From the NCBI GenBank assembly GCA_963822965.1, contig CAWGJT010000013.1, positions 192,001 to 256,000 on the forward strand: a stretch of 64,000 nt of DNA, read 5' to 3'. The position numbers were made by a program, and so were the translations under genes. Each line of letters opens with the position of its first letter. Within the stretch, counting starts at the first letter, position 1. This stretch comes from an uncultured delta proteobacterium (GTDB lineage: Bacteria; Myxococcota_A; UBA9160; UBA4427). The notes under the pieces were generated by a model that worked only from the letters and a program-made list of their open reading frames with translations, ran no database searches and had not been told where the DNA came from. Below are positions 19,519 through 29,666 of this stretch, piece after piece.

Positions 19519-20871
19519 ATGCCCTGGAACGACGTCCTCGTCGTGGCGATGTTCGTCGCCTTCGTGGCGCTCATCTTCACCGGCTTCCCCGTCGCCTGGG
19601 TGCTCGGCGGCCTGGCGGTGTTCTTCACGGCCCTCGCCATCGTCCTCGACGTGGACCTCGGCATTCCCCTGAACGTCGACTGGCCCTACGCGTCGCTCAG
19701 CGTCGACCGCATCTGGGGCCTGATGGAGAACTGGGTGCTCGTGGCCCTGCCCCTCTTCGTCTTCATGGGGCTGATGCTGGACCGCTCCGGCGTGGCTTCG
19801 GACCTGATGACGAACTTCGCGCGTCTCTTCGGCCGCGTGCGCGGCGGGCTCGCCGTCACGGTCACGGTGATCGGCGTGCTGCTCGCCGCGTCCACGGGCA
19901 TCATCGGCGCTTCCGTGGTGTTGCTGGCGCTGCTCGGGCTGCCCATCATGCTCGAGCAGGGGTACCGGGCCGAGCTGGCCGCGGGCACCGTCGCCTCGGT
20001 GGGCACCCTGGGCATCCTGATCCCGCCGAGCATCATGCTCGTGATGATGGCCGACCGGCTCGCCATGTCGGTGGGCGATCTCTTCCTGGGCGCGCTGCTT
20101 CCCGGACTGCTGCTGGGCGTGCTCTACGTGGCCTACATCCTGCTGCATGCGCGTCTGCGCCCGGAGTCCGCGCCCCTGCCGCGCGAGGTGGAGTCGGTGA
20201 CCCTGGGCGTCGTGGTGGACGTGGTGCGGGCGGTGCTGCCCGCCGCCGGTCTCATCCTGGCGGTGCTCGGCAGCATCTTCTTCGGCATCGCCACCCCCAC
20301 CGAGGCGGCGGGCGTGGGAGCCGCGGGCGCGCTGCTGCTGGCCGGGATACGCGGGCGGCTCGCCGGGCACGTGCTGCGCGACGTCATGCGCGAGACGAGC
20401 CGCACCACCGGGTTCATCTTCGCGATCTTCGTCGGCGCCACCGCCTACTCGCTCGTCCTGCGCGGCCTGGGCGGCGATCAGCTGATCGAGCGGGCCTTCC
20501 TCGGCCTGCCCTTCGGCCCGACGGGCATCGTCCTCTCGATCCTCGCCTTCACGTTCCTGCTGGGCTTCTTCCTCGACTGGATCGAGATCACGCTCATCGT
20601 GCTGCCCCTGGTCGCGCCCGTGGTCGAAGGCCTGGGCTTCGACCTGGTGTGGTTCACGGTGCTCTTCGCGGTGTGTCTGCAGACCTCGTTCCTGACACCT
20701 CCCGTGGGCTTCGCGCTCTTCTATCTCAAGGGCGTGGCCCCGCCCGAGATCGACGTACGGACCATCTACCGCGGGGTCGTCCCCTTCATCCTGCTCCAGC
20801 TGCTCGGGCTCGCCGTGATCTTCGTTTGGGAGAGCCTGGTGACGTGGCTGCCGGGCGTGGCGTACAAGTAG
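19519..20871 (+). CDS. dctM: TRAP transporter large permease
   Basis: ALPLFVFMG, GTLGILIPPSI, ATPTEAA, SFLTPPVGF. Confidence 0.95.
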   Translation: MPWNDVLVVAMFVAFVALIFTGFPVAWVLGGLAVFFTALAIVLDVDLGIPLNVDWPYASLSVDRIWGLMENWVLVALPLFVFMGLMLDRSGVASDLMTNFARLFGRVRGGLAVTVTVIGVLLAASTGIIGASVVLLALLGLPIMLEQGYRAELAAGTVASVGTLGILIPPSIMLVMMADRLAMSVGDLFLGALLPGLLLGVLYVAYILLHARLRPESAPLPREVESVTLGVVVDVVRAVLPAAGLILAVLGSIFFGIATPTEAAGVGAAGALLLAGIRGRLAGHVLRDVMRETSRTTGFIFAIFVGATAYSLVLRGLGGDQLIERAFLGLPFGPTGIVLSILAFTFLLGFFLDWIEITLIVLPLVAPVVEGLGFDLVWFTVLFAVCLQTSFLTPPVGFALFYLKGVAPPEIDVRTIYRGVVPFILLQLLGLAVIFVWESLVTWLPGVAYK

Positions 20872-20926
20872 CCCCGGGCTCTTGATCCGATCACGGCCCT
20901 CGAAGTCGAGGCGCCGGGACGCCTGC

Positions 20927-22357
20927 TCATCCCCAGACGGCGGGCTTGCGTCCGATCCAGGGGCGTGCCCGTTCGAGCTGGGCGGCGAGTCGGAAGAGGG
21001 TCCCCTCGTCCGCATAACGACCGGCGAGCTGCATGCCGATGGGCAGGCCGTCGCCGCTCTGCATCAGCGGCACCGACATGGCGGGCTGGCCCGTGAAGTT
21101 GAACGGGGGTGTGAACGGGAAGGCCTTCGCCTGCCGCCTGGCGATCTCCCGGGGCTCCAGGTTCACCGGGTCGATGTGCCCGATGCGCGGCGGGGGCGTT
21201 CCCATCACGGGGGTGAGGAAGACGTCGAAGTCCTCGAAGAGCTGAAGGGTCTGACGATTCAGGACCCGGAGCCGCCGCCAGGCTCCGAAGACCTTCTCCC
21301 CCGATAGGCGCTGGCCGTTGCGGATGCCCGCCCAGGTCAGCGGCTCGAGCTCGTCCTCGCGAGCCTCGCGGCCGATCCGCTCCACGAGCTCACGGTAGTT
21401 GGCGGCGGAGTTGGCCGCCGACACGATGCCCTGGGCCTTGTAGAGCGCGCGGAAGTCGACACCCAGGCCGCGCTCCTCGACGTCGTGACCCAGGCTCTCG
21501 AGCAGCGCCGCCGTCTCGCGCGTCGCGGCCTCCACCTCGGGGTCGATGGCTCGTCCGCTCGGGGTCTCCGTCGAGAACGCGATGCGGAGGCGCCCCGGAT
21601 CGCGCTCGATCTCCTCCGCATAGGGGCGCTCTTTCGGGGGCGGTGCGTAGGGGGAGGCCGGCTCGGGATGACCCGTGATGTCGAGCATCGCGGCGCTGTC
21701 GCGAACGGTGCGGCTCACCACGTGGTCCACCCCGAAGCCGATCGCCCGGCCCGGGTCGTCGGGACCGCTCGGGTTGCGCTCGCGGGTCACCTTCAGGCCG
21801 AAGAGCCCGCAGCACGCCGCGGGGATGCGGATCGAGCCGAGACCGTCACTGGCGTGGGCCAGCGGGACGATGCCCGCCGCGGTGGCCGCGGCGGCGCCCC
21901 CGCTCGAGCCGCCGGCGATGTGTTCGGGGTTCCAGGGGTTGCGACAGGGCCCGAGCAGCGCCGACTCGGTGGTGCCGGTGATGCCGAGCTCGGGGGTGTT
22001 CGTCTTGCCCAGCAGCACGACCCCCGCCGCGCGAAACCGCCGCGTCAGGATGCCGTCGGCAGCAGACACCTCGCCGGCCAGGAAACGGCTGCCGCTCGTG
22101 AGCGGCCAGCCCGCCACCGGGCAGCCGAGGTCCTTGATGAGGAAGGGGACGCCGCGGAAGGGACCGTCGGGCAGCGCACCGGCGGCCACACGACGCGCCT
22201 CGTCGCGCGCGTCGTGCACGATGGCGTTGAGCACCGGGTCGTGGCGGTCGATGCGCTCGATCGCCGCCTCCACCAGCTCCGCCGGGCTCACCTCGCCCCG
22301 GCGCACCAGCTCGGCGAGCCCGAGGCCGTCGTAGTCGGGGTACTCCGTGAAACCCAT
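20927..22357 (-). CDS. Amidase signature family enzyme
   Basis: GVPFLIKD, GKTNTPE, GGSSGG, SDGLGSIRIPA. Confidence 0.93.
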   Translation of the reverse strand: MGFTEYPDYDGLGLAELVRRGEVSPAELVEAAIERIDRHDPVLNAIVHDARDEARRVAAGALPDGPFRGVPFLIKDLGCPVAGWPLTSGSRFLAGEVSAADGILTRRFRAAGVVLLGKTNTPELGITGTTESALLGPCRNPWNPEHIAGGSSGGAAAATAAGIVPLAHASDGLGSIRIPAACCGLFGLKVTRERNPSGPDDPGRAIGFGVDHVVSRTVRDSAAMLDITGHPEPASPYAPPPKERPYAEEIERDPGRLRIAFSTETPSGRAIDPEVEAATRETAALLESLGHDVEERGLGVDFRALYKAQGIVSAANSAANYRELVERIGREAREDELEPLTWAGIRNGQRLSGEKVFGAWRRLRVLNRQTLQLFEDFDVFLTPVMGTPPPRIGHIDPVNLEPREIARRQAKAFPFTPPFNFTGQPAMSVPLMQSGDGLPIGMQLAGRYADEGTLFRLAAQLERARPWIGRKPAVWG

Positions 22358-22359
22358 GG

Positions 22360-23448
22360 TCAGTTCACCTCGAGTGCGTCGCGCGGCGGCAGCGCGGGCA
22401 GCGGCGCCGTCGGCAGGGTCTGGTACCAGAAGGCCACCGAGGCCAGGTCGTCCTGCAGCTGCAGATAGCGCGGCCCCGAGCGCCACCCGAGCGCCTGGAT
22501 CGTCACCCGCAGGTCCTGCTCGAAGCGGATCGGATCCATCACGTGCCAGCGGTACATCCCGAAGCGTTGCTGGCTCGAATAGCGGCCGTCCGGCCGGATC
22601 ACCTGGTGGAGACCCGCCCAGGGCGTGGTGAACTCGCGGTAGCCCCCCTGCTCCTTGCCGACGTCGAAGTTGTAGGAGCCGCAGAAGTAGTCCTCGGTGC
22701 CGGTGCCGCACAGGGTCGGGAACTCACCGTCGCCGTCGAGGAAGAACTTGATCTCGCCCTCACCCCACCAGCCCCGGCTGTTCGAGCCCCACGCCATCAC
22801 CGTCCCCACGTAGTGGCCCCGGCCCCGGACGCCGTCGAGGATCGTGAAGACCTCGCCCTGGGGCAGCGGGTTCACGCGGCGGAACTGCGCGTGGAAGTAG
22901 GCCGCGTCGTCCGGTACCTCGGTGAGCGTGTAGTTGATCTGGTAGTAGAGGATCATGGCCTCGTCGGCGAGGTTCTCGAGGGTGATCCGGCAGCGCCTGC
23001 GGAAGGGCATCTCCCAGTAGCAGTTGAAGGCGCTGCCGGGGTTGACGCACACCGGTAGGGACGAGATCTGCGCGTACTTCCCCCAGCTCATGCCGAAGAA
23101 GTCGCCCACCGGGCACTCGACCGAGGGCTGCTCCTGGTCGTCCCAGTAGAAGCGCAGGACGCTGAAGCGCCAGTTGCCGGTGGGGGTGAGCCAGATCTGC
23201 TGGATGGCGCCGGCATCCTCGATGTCGGCGAGGGTGAAGGTGGCGCCCGGCTCGATCTTCACCGAGGGCGAGAGCTTCCAGCCCCGGCCGAGGTCGCGCG
23301 CATAGGCCGCGCCCGTGCCCTCGGTCGCCATGCCGCCCCGACCCTTTTCGCCCGTGAAGTTCTCGGGGCTGATCGAACGCGTCCGGGCAGGGGAGAGCCG
23401 CGACAGGTTCCCGAGGTGGAGACCGAGTCCGTTCCAGGCACCGCTCAT
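22360..23448 (-). CDS. Glycoside hydrolase family 172 (DUF2961)
   Basis: RSISPENFTGEKG, GWWGEGE, GTGTEDYF, YRWHVMDPIRF. Confidence 0.88.
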   Translation of the reverse strand: MSGAWNGLGLHLGNLSRLSPARTRSISPENFTGEKGRGGMATEGTGAAYARDLGRGWKLSPSVKIEPGATFTLADIEDAGAIQQIWLTPTGNWRFSVLRFYWDDQEQPSVECPVGDFFGMSWGKYAQISSLPVCVNPGSAFNCYWEMPFRRRCRITLENLADEAMILYYQINYTLTEVPDDAAYFHAQFRRVNPLPQGEVFTILDGVRGRGHYVGTVMAWGSNSRGWWGEGEIKFFLDGDGEFPTLCGTGTEDYFCGSYNFDVGKEQGGYREFTTPWAGLHQVIRPDGRYSSQQRFGMYRWHVMDPIRFEQDLRVTIQALGWRSGPRYLQLQDDLASVAFWYQTLPTAPLPALPPRDALEVN

Positions 23449-23867
23449 CGGCCTTCCCCCGGTGAGACGACGACCTCCATCGGTCGCTTCTCCTTCTTCC
23501 AGGCCGTCATGTGGCCCTCCAGGAATCGCACCTCGCCGGCTCCTGCCATCCACAGCCCGGCACGAGCGAGGCCGGCGCGAGGGCCGTGTTCACAGTAGAC
23601 CACCAGCACCTCGCCTTCGCGACGGGGCAGCTCGTCCGAGCGCGCCCAGACACTGTAGAACGGAATGTTCACCGCACCCGGAACGTGGCCTGCCTCGTAC
23701 TCCCCGCGCGAGCGCACGTCGAGGATCGGCGGCGCCGTTCCGGCACGCAGCTCCGCCTCGAGCTCGTCCCGGCCGATGTGCGGCGCACAGCCGGCGACTC
23801 CCAGCAGGAGGCCGAGCAGGAAGAGGGAGAGCGCGAGCATCGCCCGCAGGGTGGACACGACGTCCAT
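23445..23867 (-). CDS. Rhodanese-like domain protein (putative lipoprotein)
   Basis: Signal ending VAGC; LDVRSRGEYEAGHVPGA, VYCEHGPRA, LEGHMTAW. Confidence 0.88.
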   Translation of the reverse strand: MDVVSTLRAMLALSLFLLGLLLGVAGCAPHIGRDELEAELRAGTAPPILDVRSRGEYEAGHVPGAVNIPFYSVWARSDELPRREGEVLVVYCEHGPRAGLARAGLWMAGAGEVRFLEGHMTAWKKEKRPMEVVVSPGEGR

Positions 23868-23893
23868 GCTAGCCGGATCGCCTCCGACGTCCC

Positions 23894-24997
23894 TCAAGCC
23901 GCGTACTTCCGCATGAAGGCCCGGTCGATTCGATCCTTGAGGCGCATCACCCAGCGCCCCCGCACGACGAGTCCCCACTTGAAGCCGACGGCGGTGCCGT
24001 CGCCCAGGTTCAGCAGCGACAGGAAGTCGCTCTGCGGCCGGTAGGCGGAGAGGGGGGCGCCGGTCGCGTGGGCGCGCAGGTTGCAATCGAGGAGCGGTCC
24101 CGCGCGAACCGCATAGACGCCCGCCTTCTTCATGCCGGGCAGGCTCGCGCAGTCTCCCACGGCGAAGAGGTCCGGGCATCCCTCCACCTGGAGCGTCGGC
24201 TCGATGCGGACGAAGCCGCGTTCGTCGGCGGGGAGACCGGACGCTCGAGCCAGGGGCTGCGCCGCGGCACCGGTGACCCACAGCACGCAGTCGGCGAGCA
24301 CGATCTCGCCGCACGCGAGCCGCACTTCGCCCGTCTCCAGGGATTCGACCCGACGCTCGAGCAGCAGCTCGATGTCGCGCTTTCTCGCGAGGTCGGTCAC
24401 GCGCTGGACCACCCGCGCCGGCGCGCCGGGCAGGATGGTCGCCGACTGGTCGACGACGCTCGCCTCGACTCGCGTGGCACCGGCGGCCCGGAGTCGCTCG
24501 CGCAGGCAGAAGGCCAGCTCCATGCCGCCCGCGCCCGCACCCACCACCACGAAGTGGATTCGCTGTCCCGTCCGGGCGTGCGACAACAGCTTCTCCATGC
24601 CGGTCACGAGGTTCGCGATGGGCCGCGAGGCCAGGGCGTGCTCGGCGACACCGGGCAGATCGAGGCCGGCCACCGTGGATCCCACGTCGATCGAGGCGAT
24701 CTCCCAGGCGTGCCGGGTGCCGTCGGCGAGGCGTGCGATCCGTGCCTCCGCATCGACGCCGTCGACGCGACCGTGGACGAAGCGGGCACCCGACCGGCGA
24801 CACAGTGCGGGCAGGTCGATGCGGAGCTCGTCGGGCCGGTACTGCCCCGCCACGAAGCCCGGGACCATTCCCGAGTAGACGGGCCGCTCGTCGGCCGACA
24901 CGACGGTGAGACGCCAGCCGTCGAGGGGCTCCTCGCCGAAGCGTCTCACCACCTCGACGTGGGCGTGGCCTCCCCCGATCAGCAGCAGCTCGTGCAC
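23894..24997 (-). CDS. FAD-dependent pyridine nucleotide-disulfide oxidoreductase (stand-alone homolog of the domain fused to SelD)
   Basis: LLIGGGHAH, YSGMVPG, VVGAGAGGMEL, FAVGDCA, KAGVYAVR, LKDRIDRAFM. Confidence 0.85.
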   Translation of the reverse strand: MHELLLIGGGHAHVEVVRRFGEEPLDGWRLTVVSADERPVYSGMVPGFVAGQYRPDELRIDLPALCRRSGARFVHGRVDGVDAEARIARLADGTRHAWEIASIDVGSTVAGLDLPGVAEHALASRPIANLVTGMEKLLSHARTGQRIHFVVVGAGAGGMELAFCLRERLRAAGATRVEASVVDQSATILPGAPARVVQRVTDLARKRDIELLLERRVESLETGEVRLACGEIVLADCVLWVTGAAAQPLARASGLPADERGFVRIEPTLQVEGCPDLFAVGDCASLPGMKKAGVYAVRAGPLLDCNLRAHATGAPLSAYRPQSDFLSLLNLGDGTAVGFKWGLVVRGRWVMRLKDRIDRAFMRKYAA

Positions 24998-25006
24998 GCG
25001 GTCCCG

Positions 25007-25450
25007 TCAGCTCGCTCGGGCGCGACGCGGGACGCGACGCGCCAGCACCGGACCCAGCAGATGGAACCCGCCCATGCCCACGATCATCGCGACGACGAAG
25101 AGCAGCACCTGGACCGACCCGGTCGAGAGCGCGGCCAGCGCCGCGCCCGGACAGAAGCCCGCCAGCCCCCAGCCGAGACCGAAGCAGGCGGCCCCCCCCA
25201 CCAGGCGCGCGTCGATGGGCCCTTGGCCGGGCAGCGGGGAGCCCAGGTCGCGGGCCGACGCCCGCCGGCGCGCGATGCCGGTGCCGAGCGCCGACACGAC
25301 GACTGCGGCTCCCATCACCAGGGCGAGACTGGGATCCCAGCCGCCGGCGACGTCGAGGAAGGAGATCACCTTCGCGGGGTTGGTCATGTCGGCGGTAGCC
25401 AGCCCGACCCCGAAGAGGATGCCCGAGAGCAGCGCCGTCGCGATCTTCAC
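25007..25450 (-). CDS. YeeE/YedE family sulfur transporter subunit (DUF6691-like)
   Basis: MTNPAKVISFLD, WDPSL, FGLGWGLAGFCPG. Confidence 0.9.
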   Translation of the reverse strand: MKIATALLSGILFGVGLATADMTNPAKVISFLDVAGGWDPSLALVMGAAVVVSALGTGIARRRASARDLGSPLPGQGPIDARLVGGAACFGLGWGLAGFCPGAALAALSTGSVQVLLFVVAMIVGMGGFHLLGPVLARRVPRRARAS

Positions 25451-25878
25451 GCCGCACCTCCCAGCACGTGTCTCACCACGAACACGGTCACGCCGCCGAC
25501 GGCCATGAACGTGGCCGTCGCGGCGAGCGAACGCCTCGACAGGCGCGAGAGTCCGCAGATGCCGTGGCCGCTCGTGCAGCCGCTCCCGAGGCGGGTTCCG
25601 AAGCCGACGAGCAGACCCGCCACGACCAGTGCGGGGGGCGAGGTCACGATCTGTACGGGCAGACCGCCGCGGAGGAGACCCACGACGGCGGCGCCGATGG
25701 GGAGGCCGGCGAGAAAGGCGATCCGCCAGGCGCGCTTCTCTCCCGTGGCAGGCCACAGGGAATTGCCGAGGATGCCGCTGATGCCCGCGATGCGACCGTT
25801 GGCGACGAGCAGCACCACGGCGGACAGCCCCAGGGCGAGCCCGCCGAGAACGGCCGTGAAGGGGGTGAACTCGGTCAT
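25447..25878 (-). CDS. YeeE/YedE family sulfur transporter subunit
   Basis: GRIAGISG, GTRLGSGCTSGHGICG. Confidence 0.92.
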   Translation of the reverse strand: MTEFTPFTAVLGGLALGLSAVVLLVANGRIAGISGILGNSLWPATGEKRAWRIAFLAGLPIGAAVVGLLRGGLPVQIVTSPPALVVAGLLVGFGTRLGSGCTSGHGICGLSRLSRRSLAATATFMAVGGVTVFVVRHVLGGAA

Positions 25879-25912
25879 CGACGAACTCCTCTCGCCGCGC
25901 GTCTGGCCGGCA

Positions 25913-26812
25913 TCAGATCCCACCCCCCTCGGCAAAGTGGAGATCCTGCATCTTGCGCTCTGCACCCCGGGACACCCGACCGGCGACGACGCCGACCCCG
26001 AGCATCGCCACGGCGAAGATCAGCTGGGGAACCGACGCGGGCAGCGCCGCCGACGTCGTGCTCGCCAGCAGGGCTCCCTCGCGCACGAAGATCGCGACGG
26101 ACATCACCAGGATGAAGCCCGCGAACGCTCGCCGCAGCGAGGCCGGCTCGACGACCCGGGCGAGGCGGGCGCCCACGAACGAGCCGCCCACCGCGCACGA
26201 GGCGACCGTCGCCACCACGGGCCAGTCGAGGTCCACGTGGCTCAGGTAGCCGAGCGAGCCGGCCGCGCAGTTGAGCACGATCACGAAGAGCGAGGTGCCC
26301 ACCGCCGCCGGCATCGGCAACCCCGCCCACAGCGCCAGGGCGGGCACGATCAGGAAGCCTCCCCCCGCCCCGACGAGCCCCGTGAAGGAGCCCACGGCGC
26401 CGCCCTGCATCAGAAGCTTCCGGGTCGCATGCGGATCAGCCGGCGCCCGACCCGGCGCGCGCCGCCCGCGCCACATGGCTCCGGCGGTGAGCAGCATCAT
26501 GGCCGCGAAGAGGAGCACGAGAAGGCCTCCATCGACGAGGGCCCCGACCCGTCCCCCCAGATAGGCCCCCGCCATCCCGGCACCGCCGAAGACGAGCCCT
26601 TCCTTCGGGCGCAGGTTGCCGGCCCGCCAGTGCTGGAGCGTGCCCGCCAGGCTCGCGATGCCGACGATCACCAGGGAGGACGCGATGGCCTGCTTGGGCT
26701 CGAAGCCGAAGACGTACAGCAGGAGCGGCACCGTCAGGATCGAGCCGCCGCCCCCGAAGAAGCCCAGGGACACGCCGATCAGCAGCGAGAGCGAGAGACC
26801 GAGAGGCGACAA
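25913..26812 (-). CDS. Sulfite exporter TauE/SafE family protein
   Basis: GGGGSILTVP, GLVGAGGGFLIVP, AVGTSL; TTG start after GAAGGAG. Confidence 0.92.
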   Translation of the reverse strand: MSPLGLSLSLLIGVSLGFFGGGGSILTVPLLLYVFGFEPKQAIASSLVIVGIASLAGTLQHWRAGNLRPKEGLVFGGAGMAGAYLGGRVGALVDGGLLVLLFAAMMLLTAGAMWRGRRAPGRAPADPHATRKLLMQGGAVGSFTGLVGAGGGFLIVPALALWAGLPMPAAVGTSLFVIVLNCAAGSLGYLSHVDLDWPVVATVASCAVGGSFVGARLARVVEPASLRRAFAGFILVMSVAIFVREGALLASTTSAALPASVPQLIFAVAMLGVGVVAGRVSRGAERKMQDLHFAEGGGI

Positions 26813-26905
26813 GCGAGGGGCTCCTTCGTCCTTCTATCTATTCATCCATCGATCGACCAGCTACCGACCGGCTAGCGAATGCCCGCCGGGTCGTACGGGA
26901 TGGCC

Positions 26906-27475
26906 CTACAGAACCGCCAGGTCCCGGCGCAGGGCTTCGAGGGTGAGGTCGAGGTCCTGGGGCGGCCCGGACGCGCGCAGACGTTCGGCGAGGAGCTCGA
27001 GGGCGCGGTCGAAGGCCGCCGGGCTCGCGGCTCCCCCGGTCGCGTTCGCCTCGAGGAGCAGCGACTCGACCACCGCCCGGGCATCGGGACGCGTGGTACC
27101 GCTCACCTGGGAGAACCAGATCGTCAGACAGTCGAGCAGCTCGGACAGGGTCCGCAGCTCCTTGCGGCGGACGGGCAGCCCCGCGCGGTTCCAGGCGATC
27201 ATCCCGCCCTCCAGGTTCGTGAGCTCCCGGAAGCCGCGCGCGAAGAGCCGCTCGCAAGCGGTGGCCGATCGTCGTCCGGAGCGACACACCACCAGCAGCG
27301 GACCCGAGCCGGCGAGCTCCTCGGTGCGCCTCTCGATCTCGGCGAGGGGAATCACGAGGGCTCCCTCGATGGTGCCGAGCGGTCCCTCGATCTCGTAGGG
27401 CTCCCGCACGTCGACGACCCGGAGCTCGGCCAGGCGAGCCTCCACGTCTTCGGGGGACAGCTCATCGTACGTCAT
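26906..27475 (-). CDS. Rhodanese domain protein with C-terminal helical extension
   Basis: VDVREPYE, VVCRSGRRSA, NLEGGMIAW. Confidence 0.9.
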   Translation of the reverse strand: MTYDELSPEDVEARLAELRVVDVREPYEIEGPLGTIEGALVIPLAEIERRTEELAGSGPLLVVCRSGRRSATACERLFARGFRELTNLEGGMIAWNRAGLPVRRKELRTLSELLDCLTIWFSQVSGTTRPDARAVVESLLLEANATGGAASPAAFDRALELLAERLRASGPPQDLDLTLEALRRDLAVL

Positions 27476-27629
27476 GGCTACTTCGCACCTCCGAATCCGT
27501 TCAGGCGAAGCTCGTGTCGGGCTCGGACAGCCAGCCGGCCCCAACGTTCCCCGCATCGACGGCAGCATCAGCGCCGCGCCTTTGCCGCCTGGGCTGTCAG
27601 CCATCGGCCGTCGGCTGCCAGTCGGGTAG

Positions 27630-27645
27630 AGCACGGAGCGTGCCA
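27630..27645 (-). promoter_or_regulatory. sigma54 (-24/-12) promoter of the sulfur-trafficking operon
   Basis: Minus strand TGGCACGCTCCGTGCT, GG-N10-GC spacing. Confidence 0.85.
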
Positions 27646-27715
27646 GCCGCGACGGTACCCGGATCCCCACCAGGACCATCCTACGCTCCCTGCCGGCCGA
27701 TGGGTCGGGTCTTGC

Positions 27716-27773
27716 ATGGTTCACGTGAAACATATACCGTTTCATTATGGTTCATATGATACATAGTGAAACA
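27716..27773. promoter_or_regulatory. Putative enhancer (UAS) sites for the divergent sigma54 activator
   Basis: Near-palindromes ATGGTTCACGTGAAACATA (27716-27734) and ATGGTTCATATGATACATA (27747-27765), 31 bp apart, plus a TGAAACA half-site at 27767. Confidence 0.7.
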
Positions 27774-27877
27774 TTCCGATAGAGCCCGGAAGAGCCCAGA
27801 AGAACCGAAAGAATCCGAAAGAGACAGATGAGACAGACGAGACGAGGTCCCGCCAAGAGGCCGGGACGAGGGTCGGC

Positions 27878-29290
<1,413 letters not shown>

Positions 29291-29395
29291 GGGGAGCGAC
29301 TCGGGAAGCCCGGGCGTCCGCGGGAGCCGGGCGGCGCCCGACGCGAGAAATCACCGCACACCGCCAGAGCCGAGAGGTCGAGGCAGGGAGCCTGC

Positions 29396-29632
29396 ATGGT
29401 CGAAGAGAGGATCGAAGAAGGGCAAAAGGTCTCGGCCCTCGGCCGGGTCAAGGAGTTCTGCCGCGAGGATCCCATCTCGGTGGGGTTGCTCGTGGCGTTC
29501 ACCATCACCGGTGCGGTCGGCGCCTTCCTGATCCCCCTGGGCGACCTGTCGGTGACCCGACGCGTCATCGGCGGCGCGGTGGCGGGCCTGTACTTCGGGA
29601 TCTTCCCGCTGGGCTTCCGGCTCTTCCGGTAG
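29396..29632 (+). CDS. Small hypothetical membrane protein (2 TM)
   Basis: AGGGAG RBS; two hydrophobic segments; GC3-biased codons. Confidence 0.6.
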   Translation: MVEERIEEGQKVSALGRVKEFCREDPISVGLLVAFTITGAVGAFLIPLGDLSVTRRVIGGAVAGLYFGIFPLGFRLFR

Positions 29633-29666
29633 CTCCCGGAGGCTCGTCCCGGGCGGCCGCCGCGGG

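Noticed and set aside
23860..23900. Selenocysteine read-through making an oxidoreductase-SelD fusion
   Set aside because: The sequence after the TGA does not encode SelD motifs; a rhodanese gene begins 26 bp later.
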